Shown here piece by piece: positions 11,490-23,400 of a DNA stretch of 64,000 nucleotides. Below the pieces are notes generated by a model, which was not told where the DNA came from, ran no database searches, and was given only the letters and a program-made list of their open reading frames with translations. The first letter of the stretch is position 1. Each line of letters starts with the position of its first letter. The stretch lies in NCBI RefSeq assembly GCF_964355755.1, contig NC_092679.1:18397432-18461431 (forward strand), in the 5' to 3' direction. The DNA comes from Antedon mediterranea. Its lineage: Eukaryota; Animalia; Echinodermata. The translations under genes and the position numbers were made by a program.

Positions 11490-13399
11490 TTTCCACAAAA
11501 GCTAGGCCTAAGCCTAACGATAATTAAAAGACCGGAGGAAATTGAAGCGGAAAAACATGTGTTTTGTTGTATGTACAGGAAATCAGTGAAGCGATTTATT
11601 TGGCTATAGCCCCCTCAGCGTTCGGGTTCACGCACTTTATTTTGTGTGCGTACTCTTAGCACGTTCGGAAAAAGACGCTCTGCGTCTTTTTTTCATGAGT
11701 AAACTTTCCAATTCAGCGCATTTAACAAAAACGGAACTGACACACACCGTCATTACAGTTCAAAACAAGGACAATTAGATAATACGTCCCGACTGCATTC
11801 ACGAAGGTTGTTCAATAATTTGTACAGTACTTCAAAACAAATAATGGTAAGAAGGTTTAGTTTATTATTGTGTTGACTTTATATTCTCACCTTTTGTGTT
11901 TCCAGAGCAGAGTGTATAACTTGGCACCCCTTATAATAATAGTCATGTGTGGTTCAATGGCTTATAAGTGTATAGGTATGTTAGCTAGACATGTCTCTAG
12001 GGATAGGCAGGCCCTAGACGTCCTATGGCGATAACTTATTAGGTCAAGTGATCACATTTTAAAGGAAATTGTATTAACCTAATGTTATTCTTAATTTGGT
12101 GATATTTGAACTCTGCCTACAGGCTTGTCAATTATGTTTTATTATGTCAATGTTATGTTACTTAATGTACTGGAACGGTATAGGCCTATAGGGCATAGGC
12201 CTATCTATATTTTGAAAGATTCATTTAGGCCTAGAATAGACAAGAAAGTCAAAGTTTATAAAATCATATTAATTAATGCACATCCATAAGCCAGTCTTTA
12301 TTAACCTTATAGGATATTGTAATTAGTCAGCTAAAATATTCGTACCCTTGTACAAAATGAGTTACGTAACCTGGATTAAACTCAATGCCTTTGCGTAATC
12401 CCGTTACAAAACACAACTCAGCGTTTCCGAAGTTCGCGGCGTGTCTTCAATAGACTCGTATTCAATTGCGTCTGTTTTGTACTTTTTGTCAATCTCTTTG
12501 TCTCTTTTATTAGTGTGTACTTGTATCTATAAATACCGCTATTATTCGTTGCCAGATTGTGTTGTATTAAAACGGGGTGAAGTTGTGTTTTACCGTCTCT
12601 GCTGGTTTATTTTTATTTGTGCATATTATAATCATGACGGTATATTGTAGAATAAATTATATGTTGAGTTGCTATAATTGCTTTGTTAAACATATCGTGA
12701 GTATTGTTGGGTTTGTGTAGGCCTAATTACTTTAGATATAATTATATAGGCCTACATATTGTGAGTAGCATAGCGAGTAGGACTATGGGTTAGAGAATAT
12801 GTCCATATATTTGCAATGTTTTAAAGTCTGTTAGGATTATGTAAACCCTCGCTAAAAAAACTATAGATTTAATTAAAAGTGTTAAGGCCAATTTACACAG
12901 ACGAGCGGTATCAATGGTAAGCGGAAAACCGCGTAGCTTGTCCCACGTAGAATCTATATCTATCATGAGCGGAAACAGTCCGTCCACTCCGCGATGGTCA
13001 TAAGAAATACAATAGTTTCCACGACTTGTTACTGGTTTTTATGTGTACCCACGTTTCGTGAGTAATGTAACACCACCTCTTTGCAATATTATAGATTAGT
13101 AGTGTTAATTGGTCACCACAAAGAGCTTAATGTATGCATATGGCCACAACATATGTCTTACTGTACGTAACTGCTTTTTTTCCCTCAGTTAATGTTATCT
13201 AGCGTTGTATGAGGTAAATCATTGACAATAGAAAGGAATAATAAACAGCAAAAGCATTTAGACAGTGACAGAGAAAAAACAAAATAATCAGTTTTTATTT
13301 GTAACAGAGCGCCGCATCTGCTGATGCATTGTTGAAATGTTATTAAAATACAATAATGGTAATGCGATGTGTTTCCTTGACAGATGGTGACAACAACTG

Positions 13400-14902
13400 A
13401 TGGTGATGAGCGAGTCAGAAAAAGTTTGTAAATCAACGCTGAAGAATTTAGACAATTTGGTTCACGGTTTTGTCGAATCCGTCGCTCACGAACACGAGCA
13501 TCAGATTGACCATCTGAAGGAGACGCCGAGCTTTGCCGCCGGTAATAATGTAATAACTGAATTTACAAATCAGCCTGAATCTACACCTCTCAATCAACTA
13601 CAGACACAAACGCAACAACTCCCGACGTTAAAAGAGAACCAACTACTCGAAGAGACTATTACTACTACCTCTAGATTTAGCGACTTTAGCTTTCTGCCAG
13701 AAAGATCCGTTCTTACAGAATCTGCAAAGTCTTTAATGATTGACTCTTACGAATTGGCTAATGACACTCTAGCCGTAGTTCGAGTGCCGCCGAAGAGTAA
13801 GCGTCTTTTTTCAGCGGCTCTGCTGGTTGCGAATGCAACACATAGATCTGTAAATTCATTGGTGTCGTCTGGTTTTGGATCAGACGATATAATTCCTGAA
13901 AAAGACACTAAAACTTTACCGCTTCCTATCGGTTTCAACGAATCTGCGATTGCAAACGCGCTGCCGACTGCTGTGAATAAACTTAAGAAACAGAAGAAAT
14001 CTCGAGGTACTTCGAGATTGAATGCTGTGTTGAAAGAGACATCAGCAGAAGAAGAAGAAGAAACAATTGACCATCGTTTGAAGATGTTACAACGACGTCT
14101 TGATAGAATTCCAAAAAAAAGACATCAATGCAGAGAGAGCAATAGCGGATGCTCTGTTGATGATCCGTTGATGTTTAACAACTGCACTAAAATGAGCGAA
14201 TCGGTCGTCAGAGATAATCTTAACAATATTATTACTTTAGAGAATCTCAACATTACGCCCAATAAGAGTTACACCGCTGTCGAAATAAACGACAGCGAAA
14301 GTGAAGAAGATGACGAAGAAGTAGTTATACGAAACGAAGATTTTCAAAATGAAGACTATGGCGTTCTGGGTGTTATAATAGAAACAGAAATTACTGATAA
14401 ACAAATTATGAAAAATAAGAAGAAAAAGAAGAATAACGTGCTTCCACTTTCGTTATTCCGTGCAACTGTTAACTCAAATTTGGAAGTCGACATAGAAAAA
14501 AGGGAACGCTTTTTAAAGGAATATATACGGGTCGCCACACTTGCCGAACCTAATGTTGTCGTTTCTTTGTACTGTAGATGGAACCCTCGTCTGTCCGTAG
14601 CATGTGGTCAGACGACAGAATTGATTATGTATACTATGAAAGCCTTCTTTACCACAAATAGCGGTCTACACGTGAATTGGATTCATAGTCCTGAGGAACA
14701 ATTTGAACGATTTCTCGAACGAGGCGCGCGGATGAAATTTCGTAAGAGTAAAGACTATCCGGTAAACGTCACGGCAGTACTGGCTTTATCACGTGACGCA
14801 TCCATATTGCTCAAGAATCCAAACTCAAAACTTTTACGCTCTCTGAGCGAACTTTTGGGAATCAGTAAAAACGAATTAGCAGTTGTTGAGATAAACGTTT
14901 AA
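13400..14902 (+). CDS. Uncharacterised 500-aa protein in a single coding exon, with a disordered/acidic N-terminal part, a poly-Lys NLS-like stretch and a ~155-aa globular C-terminal domain
   Basis: 1.5-kb uninterrupted ORF in AT-rich DNA, splice acceptor TTGACAG at 13383 just upstream, AATAAA at ~15084 downstream, divergent from TRMT6. Confidence 0.75.
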   Translation: MVMSESEKVCKSTLKNLDNLVHGFVESVAHEHEHQIDHLKETPSFAAGNNVITEFTNQPESTPLNQLQTQTQQLPTLKENQLLEETITTTSRFSDFSFLPERSVLTESAKSLMIDSYELANDTLAVVRVPPKSKRLFSAALLVANATHRSVNSLVSSGFGSDDIIPEKDTKTLPLPIGFNESAIANALPTAVNKLKKQKKSRGTSRLNAVLKETSAEEEEETIDHRLKMLQRRLDRIPKKRHQCRESNSGCSVDDPLMFNNCTKMSESVVRDNLNNIITLENLNITPNKSYTAVEINDSESEEDDEEVVIRNEDFQNEDYGVLGVIIETEITDKQIMKNKKKKKNNVLPLSLFRATVNSNLEVDIEKRERFLKEYIRVATLAEPNVVVSLYCRWNPRLSVACGQTTELIMYTMKAFFTTNSGLHVNWIHSPEEQFERFLERGARMKFRKSKDYPVNVTAVLALSRDASILLKNPNSKLLRSLSELLGISKNELAVVEINV

Positions 14903-15668
14903 ATGTTAAACACTAACAAATTTACCGTCAAAGTTTAATTATCGTATGCAAATTATGACTTCAATATTAGAATTAGATTTGTACTTCTTTTAAAGAAATG
15001 TTTTTTAAAGATTTTATTGAGAAAATCAGAAAAGTATATTTTTACAAAATAATATTTTATCAGTTTAGAAAAACATCGTAAAAAATAAATTTAATTTTTA
15101 AGAAAGTATCGCATTAGTTGAATTGTTTTCCTGTTATTAATCGAGTTTAGATTAACCGACTTACATTGACTGAGCTTGTGACGTGCGCGCGAGTAACCCA
15201 AATGAATTCAATGACTAAAATAATTGCGAATTGATTCGATCTGTGTGAAATCGGGAAATGTTGTGATTCTATCACAAATTTATTCACATTTACAAAAGTA
15301 CAGTACATAAAATCGTTATACAGTAGTTCTTACTATCATCGTAAATCGACAACAAATAAATGGAAAAAATAATGTTACACAAAATTATTAAAAATACTAG
15401 ATCTATTTTAAAAACAAGAAAGGTTTATTTCGGTGGATAAAATTATTTAAATACATTCAGATATAGGCCTAAGATATAAACTTGTGTTGTTGCCAAAACT
15501 TATGATATAGAAAGGCTGTTTACAATTATATTTGTTGTTTTCTAATTTTATTGAGAAAAAATGAAAAATAACTTCAGATTTATTGAAATATTGAAAAAAT
15601 AATTTACAGTATCTTAATTATAGTTTTCCAAAACAAAACTGAACAGATCACCAATGTTAAATCGCTTA

Positions 15669-15812
15669 GGCCGGTATTCATGAAAGGGGACTATCTTTAG
15701 TCCTGGACTATCCTTAGTCCTGGACTATGTAGTCCAGGACTAAGGATAATCCTGGACTATCCTTGATATGGTATTCATGAAACCTGGACTAAATAGTCCT
15801 GGATTAAGCCAC
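15669..15812. mobile_element. Terminal fragment of a DNA transposon (Harbinger-like) with AGTCCTGGACT subterminal repeats
   Basis: TTA-GGCCGGTATTCATGAA start, then several direct and inverted AGTCCWGGACT units and a second GGTATTCATGAAA. No partner end found. Confidence 0.5.
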
Positions 15813-16033
15813 GGAAAATTACAGCAGCTAGGTGGTCCATGATGTTTCCTTAGTGCATTTTAAAAATTGTGCTTTAAATTTGGGTTAAAGTAATTCCACA
15901 TCAATTAAAAAATATTTAAAAAATAAAATTAACGTAAATGTTAGCTTAAATAAGAAGACTCTCGTTCTGCTGAATTTGTCGTGGTTGGGTCATAGGTCAT
16001 GACCTCAATTAAACGTCCATACTTTCTTTATTA

Positions 16034-16521
16034 CCGTAAATCTTCTAATTGTAGCCCAGGGTTATTATTCTTTCCGAGGGTTATTATTCTTTGATTGTTT
16101 TTTAGGGTGGGTTACTATTAGAAGGGGGTTACTATTAGAGTAGTGGGTTACTATTACTAATCTCAAATTAGGCACCTGAAAATAGTAACCCACCCCAACT
16201 TTTCCTGTCAGCAAATCATAGCAAAATAATAAAACAGTACCAATAAATAATTTGTTTGAACTCTAAATTTATTTTATAAACTCAAAAACACTCAATCCTC
16301 CCCACTACCGAGATCAATATGCATTATCTCCTTGTTTTCAAAATAAGGCTGGATCATAAACGACCAGTCTTCATAAATGTCATTTTGTGACTCTAATATT
16401 AACCCCCATGGGTTACTATTAGAGTAGTGGGTTATTATTATAGATTGACTTATCTCCAAGGTGGGTTACTATTAGAAGGGGGTTACTATTAGAGTGTGGG
16501 TTACTAATAGAAGATTTATGG
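16034..16521. mobile_element. Tc1/mariner-type MITE
   Basis: TA-CCGTAAATCTTCTA ... TAGAAGATTTATGG-TA inverted termini with TA target duplication and internal GGGTTACTATTAGA repeats. Confidence 0.8.
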
Positions 16522-16619
16522 TAAATATCAACTTAAGCAAGTAAGATACTTTCCTTTAGTCATTAATATCAAGCATTGAATTCTAATATATTTAAAGTTT
16601 TGATTTATTGAATACTATG

Positions 16620-19246
16620 TCACGTTATCTTGATTCCGCCCGCAACCGAAAATGTTGAACTGAGTGACCGAAGACTGATGACCCTTCTACGGTTGAATGG
16701 TCGTAAAACCATTGGAAGTTTGTGTTGGAATGTTACCAATAAAAAGAGTATAAAAACACAAATTAGTAATATATAACCCATGGAAACGGCAAACTCTGGT
16801 TCCTAAAATAAACGAGAAAATATTTCAAAAATGATAATTTTATTATTTAACCACACATTCTATGGAAAACTTTGTCCCATTGGCAGAAGGGGCACTATAA
16901 TTTAGATTCTAGACCGAAATTAGTAAAAAGATTAATATTTCGGCACATATGGCGTTTCATACGAAACGCCGACGGACATAAAAAAAGACTGCCAGGGAAG
17001 TATTATTTATTATTTTCATACCTCAGTTTGATTTAGCTGCCATAGTTCTTATTTTTTTTCTTTTATAAGGCCTTAAGGTCAAGCACAGCATCAATTGAAA
17101 GGTAGGGTCAATCGGTCAGTATTGCTAAAACATTACTCTTGGGTCAAAACCAAGCAATAAAAATATTTAAAGGAATAGGGGGGGACCTATAGAAAATTTA
17201 CTCTACTAAAAAAACTAAAATGCTCAGGCAACATTTTGTTCGTCAAGATTTATCTTCATACTTACTTGTGACATATGAAAGTATTGGTGAATTTGTTCCT
17301 CTTTCCATTTAATAGCATAATTAAAAATGGTCTCATATAATGACATTAGGTTCGATACCGTTTCCTACAAAAATGCAGAAATTAAAAATTTTAATTCAAG
17401 CATTTGAAATGAAAATTTGTTTTGCTTATTAATCAGCGTTTGAGCAAAACATTGACCTACCTGTAATTGGTCATTAGGTGGGTTGAACAGATCAAAGCAT
17501 TGCGCTCCTTTGTGGTCCCCATTTCCCCATATTTCCATTGCATATGAAAATGGTATCTAAAACAAACATAATATATAATAATTCAATTCAATTTATTTCC
17601 ACAATATTATAACATACATACTGGATAATAAATGCAATGAAGTAATCATGTGGGAGGGGGAGAGGGAGAGAGTCATATAAGTCAGACCACCCAAGATATA
17701 ACATTATTAAATACGAATAAGAAAAATAAATAGCGAGTTCCAGTTGAAAGGAAAAGGCACGTTGACTATATGTTTTGTGCTCTCAATAGATGTAAACATA
17801 TATTTAAACATATATATATATATATATAGAAACATATATGGCATTTAACTTTCTTTTGTTCAGAATCCCCTTTGTCTTCCTCCTCTTCCCCAACCCCCAC
17901 ACCTCTTTCCACTAGGCCTTTGTACCTTCTTTATTCCAGACATATAGTCAAATATCGTGCCATCAGCTGGGTAATTATTCAACTTGTAACCTATTCCAAA
18001 ATTGAAATCATCTACAGACGCCCTCGCTATCTTGGAGGCTAGGTGTAGTTGTGCGTCCATGTTGTTGGGAACACGCTTCTCCTCCTTAGAGATGGAATCT
18101 GAAGTTTAATAAAATTAAAAAGTTATTCCAAAAAGGATTATGAGGTGCACATTCAAGTACATGCTTATTTTACTTTGTTTTGCCTGTTTTCTGTCTACAC
18201 TGTCAAACTAGTTTGACAAAAAAAAGTGTGATGTGCTCAAATATGGTAGTGATATGCCAAAATATGGTAGTGATATGACATGATCATGCCCATATATGGG
18301 CACATCACATATTTTGTCAAATTAAGTTTGGGAGCTTAATATATGATATGGGAAATAACTATCTTATATTACCTGCAAATGGAAGATATATTTGTCTAAC
18401 CCCAGAATGCAATGACACAAACATATCAAAGTGAAAACGTCTAGTGAGATCACGAAAAACAAAGCTTTCAGGCTCTATAAACGAAAAAAATGTAAATGCA
18501 TTTTATTGATTGAAAACAAACAAAAAGTACTAAAAAGTAGTATTATGAGATAAAAACCAACATGAACCTGAAAATGGGTGTGGCCCTCGGTACTCTTCAT
18601 CATTTGGATCACCTGAGCTTCCTTTACCGCCAAATTCCCAATCAAAGTTACGATCAAGATCAACGCCAACACTCGTGCCACGCCAACAATAATTATTCGT
18701 TCGCTCTATATGATTTCTCCCATCAGGATTAGCTATTACTATAATAAACAAATCGATGTGCGAAAGGACTTTTCTAGAAAATCCTTCCGTACTGGAGCCT
18801 CGAGCTGTGGCTAATCCGCTGGTGAGATTCGTCAATAAATGAAACATACTCTCGATGGGGAGAAACTCCCTTGCATGCTCTCCAAAAGATAATAAAATTC
18901 TAGGCTTATGGTCAGCAATGGTGTACATGTGCGATGCCATCCTGCTGTCCGAGAAATTGGAAATACGTAGTACGTATTGTGAAGCACCATTTCTAGATTG
19001 GTATTCTTCGTAATGCCTAATGTACCCCTGATTTTTAGTTAATAAGTCTTCAATATGATGTTTTATAGTTGATAGATTGTGATAAAATTTGTAGTCTGGT
19101 GTGTATATCTCGCGTCTTGGCTTAACATCACCAGATATTACAAAAGTTGTTAAAAAAATCCAGATATAGAAAGTTGAGGTCAAGGTGTAGATTGAAAAAT
19201 GAACTGTTTTCATATTTTTACGATACAGTGTCCTGAAAGTCACCAT
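16620..19246 (-). CDS. M14-family zinc metallocarboxypeptidase with N-terminal hydrophobic segment and C-terminal transmembrane anchor (exons 18568-19246, 18373-18474, 17926-18098, 17461-17556, 17266-17364, 16620-16802)
   Basis: Zn ligands in GEHARE and SLHSG, plus NPDGR, CWR, GVDLDRNF, YRGPHPFSEPE, GTIFDY and the catalytic Glu in YAMEIWG. The last exon encodes GYILLICVFILFLLVTF. All splice phases are consistent, but the start codon is uncertain (19246, 19213 or an upstream exon near 19670). Confidence 0.9.
18190..18330. mobile_element. MITE family A, copy 3 (right end degraded)
   Basis: CTGTCTACACTGTCAAACTAGTTTGACAAAA...CCATATATGGGCACATCAC, colinear with copy 1. Confidence 0.75.
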
Positions 19247-20401
19247 CGTTTTAACCGGTTTAAGGTGGTACTTCAAGTCAAATAAAGTGTGTTGATTGTC
19301 TTCACAAACTGAAAAGAAACATATTTTAGTATTAAATTTATTAAGAATGTTCATGGGTTATCTAATCCATTTTATACTCCAGATTTAATGAAAATTATGA
19401 TAAATTATTGAATGTTATTAATTATTAATACATGTTTTGCTATGTATATTTCAGCCAGGTCTAAAACGACTTAAAAATTTAAACGATAAGATAATTGATA
19501 TTAACTATAGTCTAGGCTAGGACTAGGAGGTTTGAATACTGAATTAATGTGTGAATGTAATGCCTCCCATGCATAGAAGAAATTGGAATACGATATGTTA
19601 CACGACAGTTATAATATATATACGTATCATCATTTAGTGTGATTATTATTATTTCCATAATGTACTCACCGTCATACACAAACCCAATGTACTCCTCTGT
19701 ATGTTCACATCTTTTTCTAAAAACAAGATTATCGATTTTCGTTTAAATTAGAGAGTTTTACAGAGAGTATAATTGTTTATACTGCTGGTAGAGTACACGG
19801 ACTTATTTAAAGGTTGAAGGTTAAATTTCACGCACCACTAGTAAACAATAACATCCAGGTGTACTCTCACTAAAATTACACACACTTGGCCGAATTGATT
19901 TATTTGATGGGTATGTGTTAAATTTCAATACCTATTTTCTTCAAAATATTAACAATTGCATTTTTTTCAAATAGAGTACTTTATATTTGCTACATAAGCT
20001 CAAATTGTATATTAGTGCTTCATTTAGGCCTTGTGGTTCCTCACCTTATTTGAACTTTAAACCCAATGTTATGCTGTAGTCTTTCTTATCCACTCGTTTA
20101 TACTTAAACTGATAAAAACAATAATGTAATACTGTTTTATAACAAAACAAGAATATTTTACCTGACGCATATGAGTTTTAGGGACATTGTTATTAATACA
20201 TGTAAGTATTTTCTTTGATAATTTAAAACCAATGAGTTAAATAGATCAAATATAAATCAATAGACGACTGGGAATCAGTCTAGCTAATAATTAACATGTT
20301 GACGTGTTCGTTAGTCGTGAATGCAGAAAATAGTGTTCGTGGGAAGAAGATAGCGGACGCTTCTTCTGATTTTAATGTTTACATTCCACTAAATATCGAA
20401 C

Positions 20402-23400
20402 ATGAAATTAATCACATATCTAAGTTTATCATTATTTTTAATTACCTATGTGTCAACAGCTAAATTATCAGATTTCAGACTGTGTACGGATCCGAAATGT
20501 CAGGGTAAGTTAGGCTCTTCGAAGGACACATCTTGTCCTCCCCCACACCGGCAAACACGGTACATCATCGTGTACACGGTTGAATGATTCCGGAAGTCAA
20601 CTTAGCCTAGGTATGGCCTACAGTATTAGATAGACCCCGGTCAATGACTGGCGGAGTTGTTATTATTTATATTATAAAATGTTATCAAGTAAATTACATG
20701 CTGCTGTTGTTATTATTATTAATCAATAACATAATAGAACATCATGCTTTAAAGATGTATTGTCCCCCTGAAAAAATAATTCTTAAAATTGTTTTTGAAT
20801 ATTCTATTTTAATGTAACATAATAGATGGTTATCCACTTTGACAAAAAATTGGATGAAAAAAAAATGTATTTACCTGAAAAAAATGTAATTTAAAGCAAA
20901 AAATGGTCAAATTGGCTGCCAGCTAATGGATTTTTGATTGAATTTTACCATTTATTTTGTCATTTTATAAGTGAAAACATGATTTTTTCTTTTTTTTCTA
21001 TTGAAGTGATTAACTTGATTAAAGCTATAAAATAACATATTCAAAGTCTGATTTAACTAATCTTCATTTTTCATGTTTTTTGGGGACAATACACCTTTAA
21101 CTATTATTAACTATTATAAATGAATGTTAAATTTGATTTATTTACCCTATTTATATCGTTTATTATTTAAGCCATACATATGTGAAGTGTACTTTTGTTG
21201 TAACAAAAATATTGTAAAAAATAAATGTTTGTTTACAAGTGATATATATCTATCTTTACAACTGCTGCAGTTTTTTTTTTCGATTGGATAGGTGGTCAGA
21301 GCAATTTTTCATTGTTCATCTATGATCTATTAGTATTTTGCCGTGTTTGTGTATTTGGTGATTTCATCTCTCCATCTCCTCTTACTTATTGTCTCACTCT
21401 GCTCCTTTTACCATTTCTTGGTTACTATTCTTTGAGCTTCTTGGTCCATTTATTATCTTGAGAACTCTTGTTACAGTATGTTTCCTGCCCATCTCCATTT
21501 CATTTCTTTGATCTTTTCTATAATATCCTTGATGTTTGTTTTTTGTCTCATTTTGGTGTATTTTGTAGTAAAACACATGACTGCCAGTAAAATTTCTATA
21601 CCATGGCCCTGTAGTCATTGTTTATAATATCATTTCTCCTAATTTAATAGAGCTGTCCCTGAATAGAGCTTGGCCATAGTAAAAGCTCTATCTACACTAT
21701 CTAAACTTTATGTGACAAAAAATGTCATGTCCATATATGCATGTTTTTTTCAAATAAAGTTTGATAGTTTAGACAGAGCTTTAGTTCATGTCATGGGAAA
21801 GTGTCTTTTTGAAGCTTGGATCCCACTAGTTTGCAACACTAGGAGATAAGTGCAATGCAAGGGATTTGACCAATTATCAACATGTGCTTACATCATTGCT
21901 AACGTCATTGCGTTGTGTCCTATAGAGAACCAAGCATGATAGAGGTGTTCCCTGAATATTGTCCCAAATGAGGGGTCCCACGTAGGCTAGAGTATGCTGG
22001 TTATGTTATCAAGCTTGTTTTACTTTCCTCAACAGCACCAATATCAAAAGGCAAAGCCCTGGTGACACACATGTCCGCTGATACTGATTTACTAAGTTTT
22101 GAGAAGGGTGACGATATACTAATTTTTTCAAGAGGTGCTGGAATGAAACCTGATCTATGGGGTGGTCAGGTAAATAGTTTTCATAAATATTTATTAAAAG
22201 TATTATGCCACATTTGTACTGTATACGAAAATAAGTTGTTAAGTAGTGAATAATTCCATCAGAGGAAATCTCAGTTGACAAATTATATATATTTATTTTA
22301 TCTTATATCTAATAGGTTGTGGGAAAAGGAGTATTAGGCTATTTTCCTAAGAATTTTTTCCAAGAAACACAAGTATTTAATAGCAATCCAAAGCATGTAG
22401 TTGCTATAACTGTAAGTGTATTTTTTTGTCCTCATAGGCACAGGTATGATTTTTTGGGTGGGGTTTTGATATAATTATGATACAATAATATTGTTAGCGA
22501 AATAGCTAACAAGCATCAAATATGTTTTACTTTAGCACTCAGTACCTGTGCCTCTGTTATATAATAAGAATGAGAATGAGAAAAAGTCGCCCCAACCGAG
22601 ACTCAGACTCGGACCGCCTGCTTGATATGCAGATGTCCTAACCACTGGGGCTTTCATGGTATTGTTCAAACTCGATTGGATAGCGACTCTTTAACATTCT
22701 CGGCGTGGTACGGCGGAACAGCACTAGTCCTCAGTTGTACGCACGCGCAACAGAGATCAAATTGATACGCCCTCATCTTTCAGTATTTTTATTCACGAGG
22801 CGGGATCTCCGAAGAGATACTTTTATATATATAAACACAGCAGGCAAAGAACATTAATTCTAAACCACCCGGTGATATACTGAAATTTAATTAATTAATT
22901 TGAAACGATAAAGATGAGGAAATCTGTGAGAATGATAAAAAGTCGCCCCAACCAAGATACAGGCAAAGAAAAGTAATTCTACACTGCCCGGTGATACTGA
23001 AATTTAATTAATTAATTTTAAACGATAAAGATGAGGAAATCTGTGAGAATAAGAAAAAGTCTATACATATATTACTGTATTAATATTATTTTCAACACAT
23101 CAAATTACATTTTGCAGTATATGTTTAAGAAATTCTGCATACATTAAAAACATCTGGACTTTTATGACAGCATTGAACTACTGTATTGTAATAAAATTAA
23201 TCACAATTGTAATCAGTATGGCTCTGTTTGTAGTATTCAAATAGATAAAGGATAGCTTTGCAAATGATATAAAATCTGACCAAAAAGAAAACCAATGCAT
23301 CATGTTTAAGAGCCTCTGCTGATAAAATTTAATAAACACTATGTTAAAAAAAGCTTAATGTGCTTTTAAAATCCCATGATATTTCTGGAGCTTTGCCCCA

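Noticed and set aside
11669-11693. Hairpin plus T run resembling a rho-independent terminator
   Set aside because: It lies in a eukaryotic promoter/5' UTR region, and a short A/T-flanked palindrome alone supports no function.
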